This document shows, piece by piece, positions 7,295-15,272 of a DNA stretch of 15,272 nucleotides (within the stretch, counting starts at the first letter, position 1; each line of letters opens with the position of its first letter). The stretch spans positions 1 to 15,272 of the forward strand of contig JBHIAV010000058.1 of assembly GCA_046758745.1 (NCBI GenBank), read 5' to 3'. Below the pieces are notes generated by a model. The model worked only from the letters and a program-made list of their open reading frames with translations, searched no databases and was not told the DNA's origin. The stretch is from Gemmatimonadota bacterium (GTDB lineage Bacteria > Gemmatimonadota > Gemmatimonadetes > Palauibacterales > Palauibacteraceae). The translations under genes and the position numbers were made by a program.

Positions 7295-8441
7295 GGGCCT
7301 CTCCGATGATGAGGGTGTGGATGTCGTGCGTGCCCTCGTAGGTGTAGACGCTCTCGATGTTGCACAGGTGCCGGCCGACCTGGTAGTCGTCCGTGATGCC
7401 GGCTGCGCCCAGCATCTCCCTGGCCAATCTGGCGCACTCCCGGGCGACCCAGACGTTGTTCCTCTTGCCCATTGAGATCTGGGCGGGAGTGGCCTTCCCC
7501 TGGTCCTTCAGGCGTCCCAGGCGGAGGGCGAGCAGCTGAGCCTTGGTGATCTCGCTGGCCATCCAGACGAGCCTCGCCTGCTGGATCTGAAACGACGCGA
7601 CGGGCCGGCCGAAGGCGATCCGGCTCCTGGCGAAGGAGAGGGCCTCATCGAATACGGCCTGGGCCGATCCGATCCCGCCCCAGGCGATCCCGTAGCGCGC
7701 CTGGTTCAGACACATCAGGGCCGACTTGAGGCCCGTGGCGCCCGGCAGCAGGTTCTCCTCCGGGATCGCGCAGTCCTGCAGGACCAGCTCCGACGTCACG
7801 GAGGCACGCAGCGAGAACTTGCCGACGTGGTCGCGGGCCGTGAACCCCCGGGTGCCGCGCTCGACCAGGAATCCCCTGATGCGCCCGTCCTCCGTGCGGG
7901 CCCAGATGACCGCGAGGTCGGCGATCGAGCCGTTGGTGATCCAGGCCTTCGATCCGTCGAGGACGTACGTGCCCCCTCGCTTCGCGGCCCGGGTGCGCAT
8001 GCGGGCGGGATCGCTGCCGGCGTCCGGCTCGGTCAGGCCGAAGCATCCGATCGCCTCGCCGCGGGCCATCTTCGGCAGCCAGCGCTCCTTCTGCAGCTCG
8101 GACCCGAAGGTGAGGATCGGGTACATGCACAGGGCTCCCTGCACCGAGACGAACGATCGCAGGCCGCTGTCGCCCCTTTCCAGCTCCTGCATGATCAGCC
8201 CGTAGGCCACGCTGTTCAGGCCGGGGCAACCGTACCCCGCCAGGTTGGCCCCCAGCAGCCCCATGCGGGCCATCAGTGGGACCAGATCGGTCGGGAAAGT
8301 GCCCTCCCGAAAGTGTGCCTCGATGATCGGGAGGACGCGATCGGACACGAAGGCGCGGACGGTGTCCCGCACCAGGCGCTCCTCGTCGTCGAGCAGGGCC
8401 TCGACGTCATAGAAGTCGAGCGGGTGAAAGGGTCGTCGCAT
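7269..8441 (-). CDS. gcdH: Glutaryl-CoA dehydrogenase (acyl-CoA dehydrogenase family)
   Basis: [16 protein letters not shown] (Arg that binds the glutaryl carboxylate), [34 protein letters not shown] and catalytic [10 protein letters not shown]. Confidence 0.9.
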   Translation of the reverse strand: MRRPFHPLDFYDVEALLDDEERLVRDTVRAFVSDRVLPIIEAHFREGTFPTDLVPLMARMGLLGANLAGYGCPGLNSVAYGLIMQELERGDSGLRSFVSVQGALCMYPILTFGSELQKERWLPKMARGEAIGCFGLTEPDAGSDPARMRTRAAKRGGTYVLDGSKAWITNGSIADLAVIWARTEDGRIRGFLVERGTRGFTARDHVGKFSLRASVTSELVLQDCAIPEENLLPGATGLKSALMCLNQARYGIAWGGIGSAQAVFDEALSFARSRIAFGRPVASFQIQQARLVWMASEITKAQLLALRLGRLKDQGKATPAQISMGKRNNVWVARECARLAREMLGAAGITDDYQVGRHLCNIESVYTYEGTHDIHTLIIGEALTGHSAFS

Positions 8442-8444
8442 GGA

Positions 8445-9638
8445 TCAGCAGGAGGCCGACTCGAGCAGGAGCGCGATGCCGAGGCCGCCGCTGATGCAGA
8501 GGGTCGAAAGGCCGAAGCGCGCCCGTCGCCGTCGCATCTCGTGGAGGAGCGAGACCGTGATCCGGGCGCCGGTGGCGCCGATGGGATGTCCGAGCGCGAT
8601 CGCTCCGCCGTTGACGTTCGTCCGCTCGAGATCGAAACTCAGTTCCCGGTGGCAGGCGAGGACCTGGGCCGCGAAAGCCTCGTTGATCTCGATCAGGTCG
8701 AGATCCTCGAGGCGCATTCCCGTTTTCTCCAGCAGGCGGCGGATCGCGGGGACGGGCCCGATGCCCATGACGGCGGGGTCCACTCCGACGCTCGTGTAGT
8801 CGACGATCCGGGCCATCGGCCGGACACCGAGCCGGCGGATCGCCGCCTCCGAAAGGAGGACCATCGCCGCCCCCGCGTCCACCAAGCCCGAGGACGATCC
8901 CGCATGGACGGTGCCTTCCTTGCGGAAGACCGGTGGGAGCCTCGACAGCGACTCCGGCGTGACCCCGTCGCGCGGGTGCTCGTCCTCCGACACGAGGGTG
9001 TCGCCGTGCCGTCCGGGCACCCTGACGGGCACGATCTCGTCCCTGAAGATGCCCGCCCTGCGCGCGCGCTCGCAGCGCTGCTGCGTCTCGGCGGAGTAGG
9101 CGTCCTGCTCGGCCCGGCCGATCCCGTACTTGTCCACCAGGTTCTCGGCCGTTTCCCCCATGACCTGGCCGCAGAGCGGGCACAGGAACCCGTCGCGGTA
9201 CATCGCATCCGTGAGCCGTTGATGACCCATCCGATACCCGAACCGTGCGCCCTCGAGCAGATACGGAGTGCGGCTCATCGCCTCGGCGCCCCCGACGAGG
9301 ACGACCTCCCGGTCTCCCGCGATGATGCTCTGGTGCCCATTGAGGATCGCCCGCAGGCTCGAGCCGCAGGCCATATTGACCGTGTAGGCGGGCGAGGAGT
9401 CCGGGACGCCCGCGCGGCGGGCGATCTGGCGAGCTGGATTCGGCCCGACTCCGGCGGCCCGGGCGTTGCCCATCACCGTCTCCTCGATGTGCGAAGGCCG
9501 CAGACCGGCTCGGCCGATGGCCTCCCGAGCCGCGATCCCTCCGAGCTCAGGTGCCGTCAGTGCCGACAAGGACCCACCGAAATTCCCCATGGGCGTCCTG
9601 ACGGCTCCCGCGATGAACACCTCGGTCTTGTCGCTCAT
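8445..9638 (-). CDS. atoB: Acetyl-CoA C-acetyltransferase (thiolase)
   Basis: [18 protein letters not shown], catalytic [25 protein letters not shown] and [11 protein letters not shown] 9638 has a GGAG RBS. The symbol is approximate (atoB/thlA/phaA type). Confidence 0.92.
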   Translation of the reverse strand: MSDKTEVFIAGAVRTPMGNFGGSLSALTAPELGGIAAREAIGRAGLRPSHIEETVMGNARAAGVGPNPARQIARRAGVPDSSPAYTVNMACGSSLRAILNGHQSIIAGDREVVLVGGAEAMSRTPYLLEGARFGYRMGHQRLTDAMYRDGFLCPLCGQVMGETAENLVDKYGIGRAEQDAYSAETQQRCERARRAGIFRDEIVPVRVPGRHGDTLVSEDEHPRDGVTPESLSRLPPVFRKEGTVHAGSSSGLVDAGAAMVLLSEAAIRRLGVRPMARIVDYTSVGVDPAVMGIGPVPAIRRLLEKTGMRLEDLDLIEINEAFAAQVLACHRELSFDLERTNVNGGAIALGHPIGATGARITVSLLHEMRRRRARFGLSTLCISGGLGIALLLESASC

Positions 9639-9673
9639 GGATGGCGCTCCTGCGCGCGAGATCATCCGGAGCG

Positions 9674-9702
9674 CTTATACCACAGACCCGGAAAGGGCTC
9701 AA
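9674..9702 (-). promoter_or_regulatory. Putative sigma70 promoter for thiolase-gcdH
   Basis: Minus strand: TTGAGC (9702-9697), 17 bp spacer, TATAAG (9679-9674) with an extended TGn motif (TGTGGTATAAG), about 35 bp upstream of the thiolase ATG. Confidence 0.55.
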
Positions 9703-9758
9703 ACGCGTGCGGCACGCCATCCCGGGGGCAGGGCGTCTCCCGATCCTGCCGCGATCCC

Positions 9759-9780
9759 GGAGCCGATGGGGATCGGCTTC
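9759..9780 (-). other. Stem-loop immediately after the GNAT stop codon (no U-tract)
   Basis: AGCCGAT-GGGG-ATCGGCT (9761-9778) is a perfect 7-bp inverted repeat. A second one, GGCAGG...CCTGCC, lies at 9727-9750. Confidence 0.4.
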
Positions 9781-10846
9781 AGGCGAGATCGCTGTCCGCC
9801 AGGGTGAGGTGCCAGGTTCCGAATTCGAGGCCCCGCTCCCGCTGGGCGCCCTCGAGGTGCGAGGCCATCCACACGACGTACGGGCGCGGGCGCAGGAACC
9901 GCGGCACGCGCCAGAGGCCGGCCGACCGGAGCGCCCGTAGGAGGGGGGAGTGGGGTGGAAGGTACGTCAGGATGGCCGCGGCTTCCGCCTCTCGTGCCAG
10001 ATGACGGGCGGCGTGGAGCAGGCGGCTCACCGTGCCGGCATCCGGGACCGCGGCGATCAGCTCCACGAGGAACAGGATCCGTCGTCCGAGAAGCGTCCCC
10101 GTTCCGGTGACGGCCAGGCCCCGAGCGGTGCCGCCCGAGTGGTCGACGACGAACCTGTACCGCCGTCCCAGGGAGGGGCGGAATCGCCACCGCAGGAACT
10201 CCGGAGTGCGCACGATCATCGAGGGTGCGACGCGGGCGAACCTCCGCAGAAGAGTGGTCACGGAATCCGGGAGATCTTCCGAAACCTGGATGTCATCCGG
10301 CAAGCTTTCTCGCCCGCCACCGGCTCCCCCGAGGTCCCGGCGAGGGGCGGAGAGGGGAGCGAGCAGGCGCCGCCACCCGGCCGTTCCCGCGAGGAGGCCT
10401 ACCGTGTCGACCGGGAGGACGAGCGGGCTCAGCTCTCCTAGGGGCCGCCATGCGGAAAACGTCTCGAACCCGCGGGCCGCGGCCTGATTAGGGGTCGTCA
10501 GAAGAACCCGGATCCCCTGCTCGCGACAGGAGAGCCGCAGGTGCTCCACCACCCCCGCGAAGACCCCGCGCCGCCGATAGGCGGGATGGGTCATCACGTC
10601 CAGCAGCACCGCGCCCCGCGCGTCCCTCCCGTTCACCTGCACGGCGATCTCGTAGCTCGGCTGCGCCCCGACGACCCGTCCGTCGATCTCCGCGAGGCTG
10701 ATGGTGGCGCTCGTCAGCGGGTGGTCGAGGTACCGCCAGGCGGACGTCTTGGCGCCATGGGCTTCTCCGTAGACCGCCTCGAGGAGGGTGAGGAACCTCT
10801 GCCGATCGGACGGATCGTAGAGCCTGAACCGGATCCGATGGTTCAC
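9779..10846 (-). CDS. GNAT-family N-acyltransferase (tandem GNAT-like lobes)
   Basis: Acyl-CoA-binding motif A DVMTHPAYRRRGVF, then TPNQAA. A second lobe has RTPEFLRWRF and the protein ends LTLADSDLA. GTG 10846 overlaps the upstream stop (GTGA); alternative ATG at 10876. Confidence 0.85.
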   Translation of the reverse strand: MNHRIRFRLYDPSDRQRFLTLLEAVYGEAHGAKTSAWRYLDHPLTSATISLAEIDGRVVGAQPSYEIAVQVNGRDARGAVLLDVMTHPAYRRRGVFAGVVEHLRLSCREQGIRVLLTTPNQAAARGFETFSAWRPLGELSPLVLPVDTVGLLAGTAGWRRLLAPLSAPRRDLGGAGGGRESLPDDIQVSEDLPDSVTTLLRRFARVAPSMIVRTPEFLRWRFRPSLGRRYRFVVDHSGGTARGLAVTGTGTLLGRRILFLVELIAAVPDAGTVSRLLHAARHLAREAEAAAILTYLPPHSPLLRALRSAGLWRVPRFLRPRPYVVWMASHLEGAQRERGLEFGTWHLTLADSDLA

Positions 10847-11664
10847 GGTGGCCCCAAGCGCCTCGGGAGGAGACATCGGCGCAGGCGGAGGTAGCGGTCG
10901 ACCCCAAGATACCTCTTGAGGGCGTCCCGCAATACCTGTCGCCGCCGCAGGCCGGAGAGGAGGTGCGGATCACCGAGCACGAGCCGACGGAAATCGGCCA
11001 AAGACATTCCCCGCTTCACGGGTATCCTCGGGACCGCGTAGGGATCATCGCATTCGCGCCAAAGGCCGATTCGGCTCAAGCACAGGGCCCGATATCCCAC
11101 CTCCCGGCAGACCGACGGCAGCGACGGATTGAAGAATCCAGTAGGAGAGGAGGCGCTCAGGACGGGCCGACCGAGGCGGTCCTCGAGTGCCTTCTTCGAG
11201 TCGCGCATCTCCGCCCTCAGTTCCGCGAGCTTCAGGGTCGCGGGTGGTCGGTGCGTCATCGAGTGGGAGCCGATCTCCATGCCCTGCCCAGCGAGGGTCC
11301 TGATCTGCTCCCATGTCATGTAGGGCGAGCTGCCCACCCACCCGACCGTGATGAAAAAGGTGGCCCGGAAACCTGCATCCTGCAGTGATCGCATGGCTGT
11401 AGTGTAGTTGCTCTCGTGGCCATCGTCGAAAGTGAGCACGCACGCCGGGTGCTCTATGGCCTTTGTCATCTCGTGTCGGGGAAGGACATCTTCCAGTTTC
11501 AGGCCGCGGATCGACAGGTCGGCCAGGGCGTGAAGCTGTTCGAGGAAACAGGCTGTCGCCAAGGTATACCCTCGATGGGTTTGCGGGACGGCGCCGGCGT
11601 CGTCGGTGATGTCGTGGTACATCAGCACCGGCACGGAGTCCCGGGTCCAGGACGGCGCGCTCAT
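10843..11664 (-). CDS. Polysaccharide deacetylase (CE4/NodB homology)
   Basis: VPVLMYH, LTFDDG, ATFFI and EIGSHSMTH metal-binding motifs. No signal peptide. Confidence 0.92.
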   Translation of the reverse strand: MSAPSWTRDSVPVLMYHDITDDAGAVPQTHRGYTLATACFLEQLHALADLSIRGLKLEDVLPRHEMTKAIEHPACVLTFDDGHESNYTTAMRSLQDAGFRATFFITVGWVGSSPYMTWEQIRTLAGQGMEIGSHSMTHRPPATLKLAELRAEMRDSKKALEDRLGRPVLSASSPTGFFNPSLPSVCREVGYRALCLSRIGLWRECDDPYAVPRIPVKRGMSLADFRRLVLGDPHLLSGLRRRQVLRDALKRYLGVDRYLRLRRCLLPRRLGPP

Positions 11665-12651
11665 CTAGCGGGTCAGCAGGAAGGCCGCAGCGGTCACGGC
11701 CGCGAGGGCCAGCACCAGGGCGATCATCTTCAACCTTCGCATGATGAAGAGAGCGCGAAGGGGAGAGCTGAACAGCCTCTCCCGCACGGCCATGTAACGG
11801 GTTGCGCCGAGAACGCGAGGCGGCACTTTCTTGAGGGCGGCGATCAGCTTCCTCGTGCAGATGGCGAACGGCCGCAGGTTGCTCTCGAACTCGTCCAGCG
11901 AGAAATTACCCTCGACGATGAGCCGGGGTATCCGGGTGAGTTCGGTCGCGCCAGTGACGGTCCCGACATCGGCCGTGAACACCGCCCGGTACCCGCACTC
12001 CTCGGCGATTCTCCGGATCCGGCGATCGTAGAAGTTGCCGGGGATGGAGAGGTAGATGCACGGCGTGCCCGTGATGCTCTCGAGCGTTTTCTTGGACTCC
12101 TCGAACTCCTTCCTGATCCGATCGTCCGGCAGCTCGATAAGGTGCGGGTGCGTGACCGAGTGCGATCCGATCTCGTACCCCGCCTCGTGCAGGGCCGCGA
12201 CCTGGTCCCTCGACAGGGGAGCATCCAGGCCCCGGAACTTGTCGTAGATCCAGGCCTCCGGGCTTGTCGTCACAAAAAACGCCGCAGGAACGCCGTGCTT
12301 GCGGAGGATCGGCAGCATGATCTCGACGTCGCTCGTCCAACCGTCATCGACGGTGATCGCCACTGCGCGCGGCGGCATGGGTTCCCGGAGGGCCACGATG
12401 TCGTGGATGTCCCGCAGGCGCAGGAAATTGTATCCCCTTTCCTTGAGGAGCAGGATCTGCGCCTCGAAACAGTCGCCCGTAATCGTGAAGATCTTCTCCG
12501 TGCCCGGATATCGCTCGATGTCCGCCGGACGACGCACGAAGCGATGGTAGAGCAGGATCGGGCATCGGGTGGGGGAGAATTCCCGGCGGTTGATCGCGAG
12601 AAAGACGCTGGCGAGGAGCGCCAGGACCAGTACAAGCCAGAGGACCGTCAT
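11665..12651 (-). CDS. Membrane-anchored polysaccharide deacetylase (CE4) with N- and C-terminal TM helices
   Basis: ATG 12651 overlaps the upstream stop (ATGA). Motifs PILLYH, ITVDDG, AAFFV and EIGSHSVTH. Hydrophobic termini are MTVLWLVLVLALLASVFLAI and MIALVLALAAVTAAAFLL. Confidence 0.9.
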   Translation of the reverse strand: MTVLWLVLVLALLASVFLAINRREFSPTRCPILLYHRFVRRPADIERYPGTEKIFTITGDCFEAQILLLKERGYNFLRLRDIHDIVALREPMPPRAVAITVDDGWTSDVEIMLPILRKHGVPAAFFVTTSPEAWIYDKFRGLDAPLSRDQVAALHEAGYEIGSHSVTHPHLIELPDDRIRKEFEESKKTLESITGTPCIYLSIPGNFYDRRIRRIAEECGYRAVFTADVGTVTGATELTRIPRLIVEGNFSLDEFESNLRPFAICTRKLIAALKKVPPRVLGATRYMAVRERLFSSPLRALFIMRRLKMIALVLALAAVTAAAFLLTR

Positions 12652-13559
12652 TCCGCACCCCCCGTCAGCAGCCAGCGGGGGACCGAGGTGCCCTGGACCG
12701 TCAGGTCGAGGACACGGCCGCCGGTGAGGTCCGGTAGATCCGAGAGTCGATCCCGGGCCGGACCCCATGCGAATTCGCTCAGCAGACGGCGGAGACGCCG
12801 TTCCACGCTTTCGCGACGGAGGCCCTGGGAGACGCGCACCGCCCAGGGAACCGGCTGAGTCAGGCTGCGGATCTCATCGGGGTCGATCTCGTAGGGGTGG
12901 AAGTACACGGTTGCCGGGCTCCCGGCGGCGTTCAAGCGCCGGATCGCGACGCGCGCGATGGAGTAGGGAAGAAGCCGGAAATACCCGCCCCCGGCGGCCG
13001 GGATACGCAGGCCAAAGAAATCGATGGTCGCGAGCGGGAACTCGACGAAATCCCTGCCGGCGGAAGACAGTACCCGGTGGGGCATCCGGAAAGCGGAACG
13101 GATACCGTAGCGCGGTCCCGCGAACGGGAAGATGCTCGAGTCGTATCGCAGGCCCTCCTCCGCCAGAACTTCCAGATCCCTCAGCCTCTCCGCAGGGATG
13201 GAGAAGTCCGGGGCCCTGTATCCGAGCACCCTGGTCCCGGTTGCCTCTTCGAGGAGCCTCACGGACCGGTGGATGTCGGTGCGGAAGGCCTCCCGTGTCA
13301 TGGAGTGGACTGGACGATGGTCATACCCGTGGCTGGCCACTTCGTGTCCGGCCTCGTGGATCTTCCTGGCAAGCCGGGGGAACCTCTCGGCCACCATGCC
13401 GAGCATGAAGAATGTCGCTCGAATCCCCCTCCTCGAGAGCATTTCGAGGATCCGCGTGGTGTTGCTCACCACCCTCCCCGACAGGGGAAGGCCGGGGTCG
13501 AGGGTCGACTGCGGCCAGTCCTCCACATCGAAGGTGAGGACGTTCCTGATGGCGCTCAT
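12648..13559 (-). CDS. Polysaccharide deacetylase, DUF3473 / XrtA(PEP-CTERM)-system type
   Basis: ATG 13559 overlaps the GT2 stop (TGATG). Motifs LTFDVEDW, ATFFMLG, ASHGYDH, GYRAPDFS, YDSSIFP, GGGYFR and YFHPYEIDP. Confidence 0.92.
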   Translation of the reverse strand: MSAIRNVLTFDVEDWPQSTLDPGLPLSGRVVSNTTRILEMLSRRGIRATFFMLGMVAERFPRLARKIHEAGHEVASHGYDHRPVHSMTREAFRTDIHRSVRLLEEATGTRVLGYRAPDFSIPAERLRDLEVLAEEGLRYDSSIFPFAGPRYGIRSAFRMPHRVLSSAGRDFVEFPLATIDFFGLRIPAAGGGYFRLLPYSIARVAIRRLNAAGSPATVYFHPYEIDPDEIRSLTQPVPWAVRVSQGLRRESVERRLRRLLSEFAWGPARDRLSDLPDLTGGRVLDLTVQGTSVPRWLLTGGAE

Positions 13560-14716
13560 CACCGGGCTCCGACGGGCTGCCAGCGGCCGATGTGTCGCCC
13601 CATCAGGACGTTCACGAGACCGATGAGGGCCCCGAGATTCGACACGCAGAAGTACAGGGGCACGCTCAGGAAAGGGCTCCGGAGGCGGCCCCCGGAGAAG
13701 AGACCGAGAGCGGCCAAGGTGTAGAAGGTCGCTTGGAGCAACGCCGCGGCCAGGTAGACCGGCTGACGGATCAGAGCGCAGCTCAGCACGAAAAGCAGCG
13801 GAAGCGCGACCGGGACAAACCACCGGAGGAGCTTGTGGCTCGCCAGGGAGAACGAGACGCCGCCATAGCGGAAGGGGTTCAGAAGAAAGCGATGCTTCAG
13901 GGTGGCTTCCAAGTCGCGCGTCACCATGCGGATCCTCCGCGCGAGGAGCCCGGACGGCGTCTCGGTGGCGACCTCCTGCGCCACGATCTCGGGATCGTAC
14001 AGGACTCTACGCCGGGCCGCGACGACGTTGAGCGGGCTGACGCAATCGTCCGCGAAGTCGGCCGGGATCTCCTTCCACACGGATCGACGCAGGGAGTAGT
14101 TGGCGCCCGGCACGTACGCGAGGATCCCGAGGTCGCTCTCGTTCCTGCGGATCCAGGACTCGTAGCGCCAGTAGAGTCCGTGTCCGGCGCTCACGCCGCT
14201 CCGGGACGTGTTCAGGAACTCCAGGTCGCCGCCCACGCAGCCCACGGTCTCGTCCGCGTAATGGCGCGCGTGCCGGACCAGGGCGTCCGGCCGCAGGAGG
14301 GTCGACGCGTCCGTGAACACCAGGATCTCGCCGGAGGCCAGCGATACGGTGCGGTTCAGCAGCACGCTCTTGCCGGTGCGCTCTTTCTGAATGTTGGCGC
14401 GGATCAGGCCGCGCCGCCGGTACTGCTCCAGCATCTCGGCTGAGCCGTCGTCGGATCCGTCCGACGCCGCGAGGATCTCAAGCCGATCCTTCGGGTATTC
14501 GAGCGCCAGGCAGTTGCGCAGCTTCTCCTCGAGCACCTCCGCCTCGTTGTGGACGCAGAACAGCAGGCTCACGCGCGGGCATGCCCTGAGGATCGGGATG
14601 GGGCGGCGTCGGCGGAGCGACGCCAGCGCGCCGGCGATCAGGGGGTATCCAGCGTAGACGTAGACCACCACGAGGGTGAGCGCCCAGAAGCCGTACTCCA
14701 GCAAATCATTGTCCAT
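13559..14716 (-). CDS. Glycosyltransferase family 2 (CESA-like, membrane-anchored)
   Basis: N-terminal TM with YVYAGYP, then HNEA, SDGSDD, GKS, FTDA, ADD, RRIRM and SHKLLRW, followed by C-terminal TM helices. Confidence 0.92.
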   Translation of the reverse strand: MDNDLLEYGFWALTLVVVYVYAGYPLIAGALASLRRRRPIPILRACPRVSLLFCVHNEAEVLEEKLRNCLALEYPKDRLEILAASDGSDDGSAEMLEQYRRRGLIRANIQKERTGKSVLLNRTVSLASGEILVFTDASTLLRPDALVRHARHYADETVGCVGGDLEFLNTSRSGVSAGHGLYWRYESWIRRNESDLGILAYVPGANYSLRRSVWKEIPADFADDCVSPLNVVAARRRVLYDPEIVAQEVATETPSGLLARRIRMVTRDLEATLKHRFLLNPFRYGGVSFSLASHKLLRWFVPVALPLLFVLSCALIRQPVYLAAALLQATFYTLAALGLFSGGRLRSPFLSVPLYFCVSNLGALIGLVNVLMGRHIGRWQPVGAR

Positions 14717-14751
14717 CAGAGGGTTTCAGCGTGTTCCACAGCGATCGACTC

Positions 14752-14780
14752 AATCTACAGAGGCCCGTCGGGCTTGTCAA
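14752..14780 (-). promoter_or_regulatory. sigma70 promoter for the GT2-deacetylase operon
   Basis: Minus strand: perfect TTGACA (14780-14775), 17 bp spacer, TAGATT (14757-14752), about 35 bp upstream of the GT2 ATG. Confidence 0.7.
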
Positions 14781-14813
14781 GGAATGCGGGACGCACCCTC
14801 TCGGGCAGCGAAA

Positions 14814-14842
14814 TTGACACTCCTAGGGGCTTCTGCTACTTT
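14814..14842 (+). promoter_or_regulatory. sigma70 promoter for the downstream secreted protein
   Basis: Perfect TTGACA (14814-14819), 17 bp spacer, TACTTT (14837-14842) with an extended TGc. Confidence 0.7.
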
Positions 14843-14852
14843 CCGCCGGGCC

Positions 14853-15272
14853 ATGGCGACGACGCCGGACACCGGACGGCCCAATCGACCCCTGAGGTGG
14901 CTCCTCGCGAGCCTGTCGCTCTGGTGCTTCGCTGCGCCGGCGGTGAGGGCGGCCGAGCCCGGTCCCCGATTGGGACTCGGGTACGAAGTCGATCTGAGCG
15001 GCGCCACGGAGGAATACCTGGTGCCCGATCCTCTGGCCGACGCTTCCGTCACGCTCGAGCACCCGATGTACGCGCGGATCCGGGTTCCCTGGTCCGTGCT
15101 CGAGCGGGAGCCGGGCGCCTACGACTGGGACGAGGTGGATCGCGTCGTCGATCGCTACAGGGAGGCGAGCTACGAGGTGGTGCTCGCGCTGTACGGTGGG
15201 AACCGCGCGATAGACCCGGCCGGCTCGCTGCCCTCCGCCGAGCGGGCCCCGATCCTGAAGGCGTGGCTGGAG
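14853..15272 (+). CDS. Secreted glycoside hydrolase-like protein (clan GH-A TIM barrel; GH39/GH42/GH5-like), truncated by window end
   Basis: Not in the ORF track. 140 open codons: MATTPDTGRPNRPLRWLLASLSLWCFAAPAVRA|A (Sec signal-like), then YARIRVPWSVLEREPGAYDWDEVDRVVDRYREASYEVVLALYGG, the W..lE...G.YDW...D..vd motif of clan GH-A enzymes. Confidence 0.75.
   Translation, partial: MATTPDTGRPNRPLRWLLASLSLWCFAAPAVRAAEPGPRLGLGYEVDLSGATEEYLVPDPLADASVTLEHPMYARIRVPWSVLEREPGAYDWDEVDRVVDRYREASYEVVLALYGGNRAIDPAGSLPSAERAPILKAWLE

Noticed and set aside
2423..7341. Alternative-frame and antisense ORFs (e.g. 3521-5080, 5315-6565, 3592-4596, 5908-7341)
   Set aside because: Arg/Gly/Pro-rich translations typical of non-coding frames at high GC, overlapping genes with clear motifs.
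7827..10004. 725-aa plus-strand ORF
   Set aside because: Antisense shadow of thiolase and gcdH in GC-rich DNA, with no recognisable motifs.
5102..13823. Upstream-extended starts in the ORF track (5102, 9665, 12768, 13823)
   Set aside because: Most extensions overlap the neighbouring gene and all lack family similarity. The downstream ATGs show stop-start coupling or an RBS.
11416..14443. Long plus-strand ORFs (480, 213, 275 and 283 aa)
   Set aside because: Antisense to well-supported deacetylase and GT2 genes.
1..15272. tRNA/rRNA, CRISPR arrays, IS elements, phage or defence genes
   Set aside because: No such sequence or motif was seen, and nearly all of the window is explained by the CDSs listed.

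Overview
GC-rich bacterial DNA carrying part of a cell-surface or exopolysaccharide biosynthesis and tailoring locus. Left, minus strand: a MurJ/MviN-family flippase paralogue followed by a GT4 glycosyltransferase cut by the window edge and absent from the ORF track. Divergent plus-strand operon: a fused MDR (alcohol dehydrogenase-like) plus Gfo/Idh/MocA oxidoreductase with a (GC)8 tract near its start, a degenerate stand-alone MDR paralogue, and a large polytopic membrane protein (DUF6798-like, possibly GT-C). Converging on it from the right, minus strand: a GT2, three tandem polysaccharide deacetylases and a two-lobed GNAT, then a thiolase and glutaryl-CoA dehydrogenase pair with its own promoter-like site. 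At the right end, back-to-back TTGACA promoters drive the GT2 operon and a secreted glycoside-hydrolase-like protein, also truncated and missing from the track. No RNA genes, mobile elements or CRISPR arrays were seen. The most notable points are the MurJ lacking its lipid II-binding residues, the redox fusion plus pseudo-MDR plus membrane transferase module, and the apparently cytoplasmic triple-deacetylase/GNAT block. All family calls come from motif recognition by eye, not database searches.
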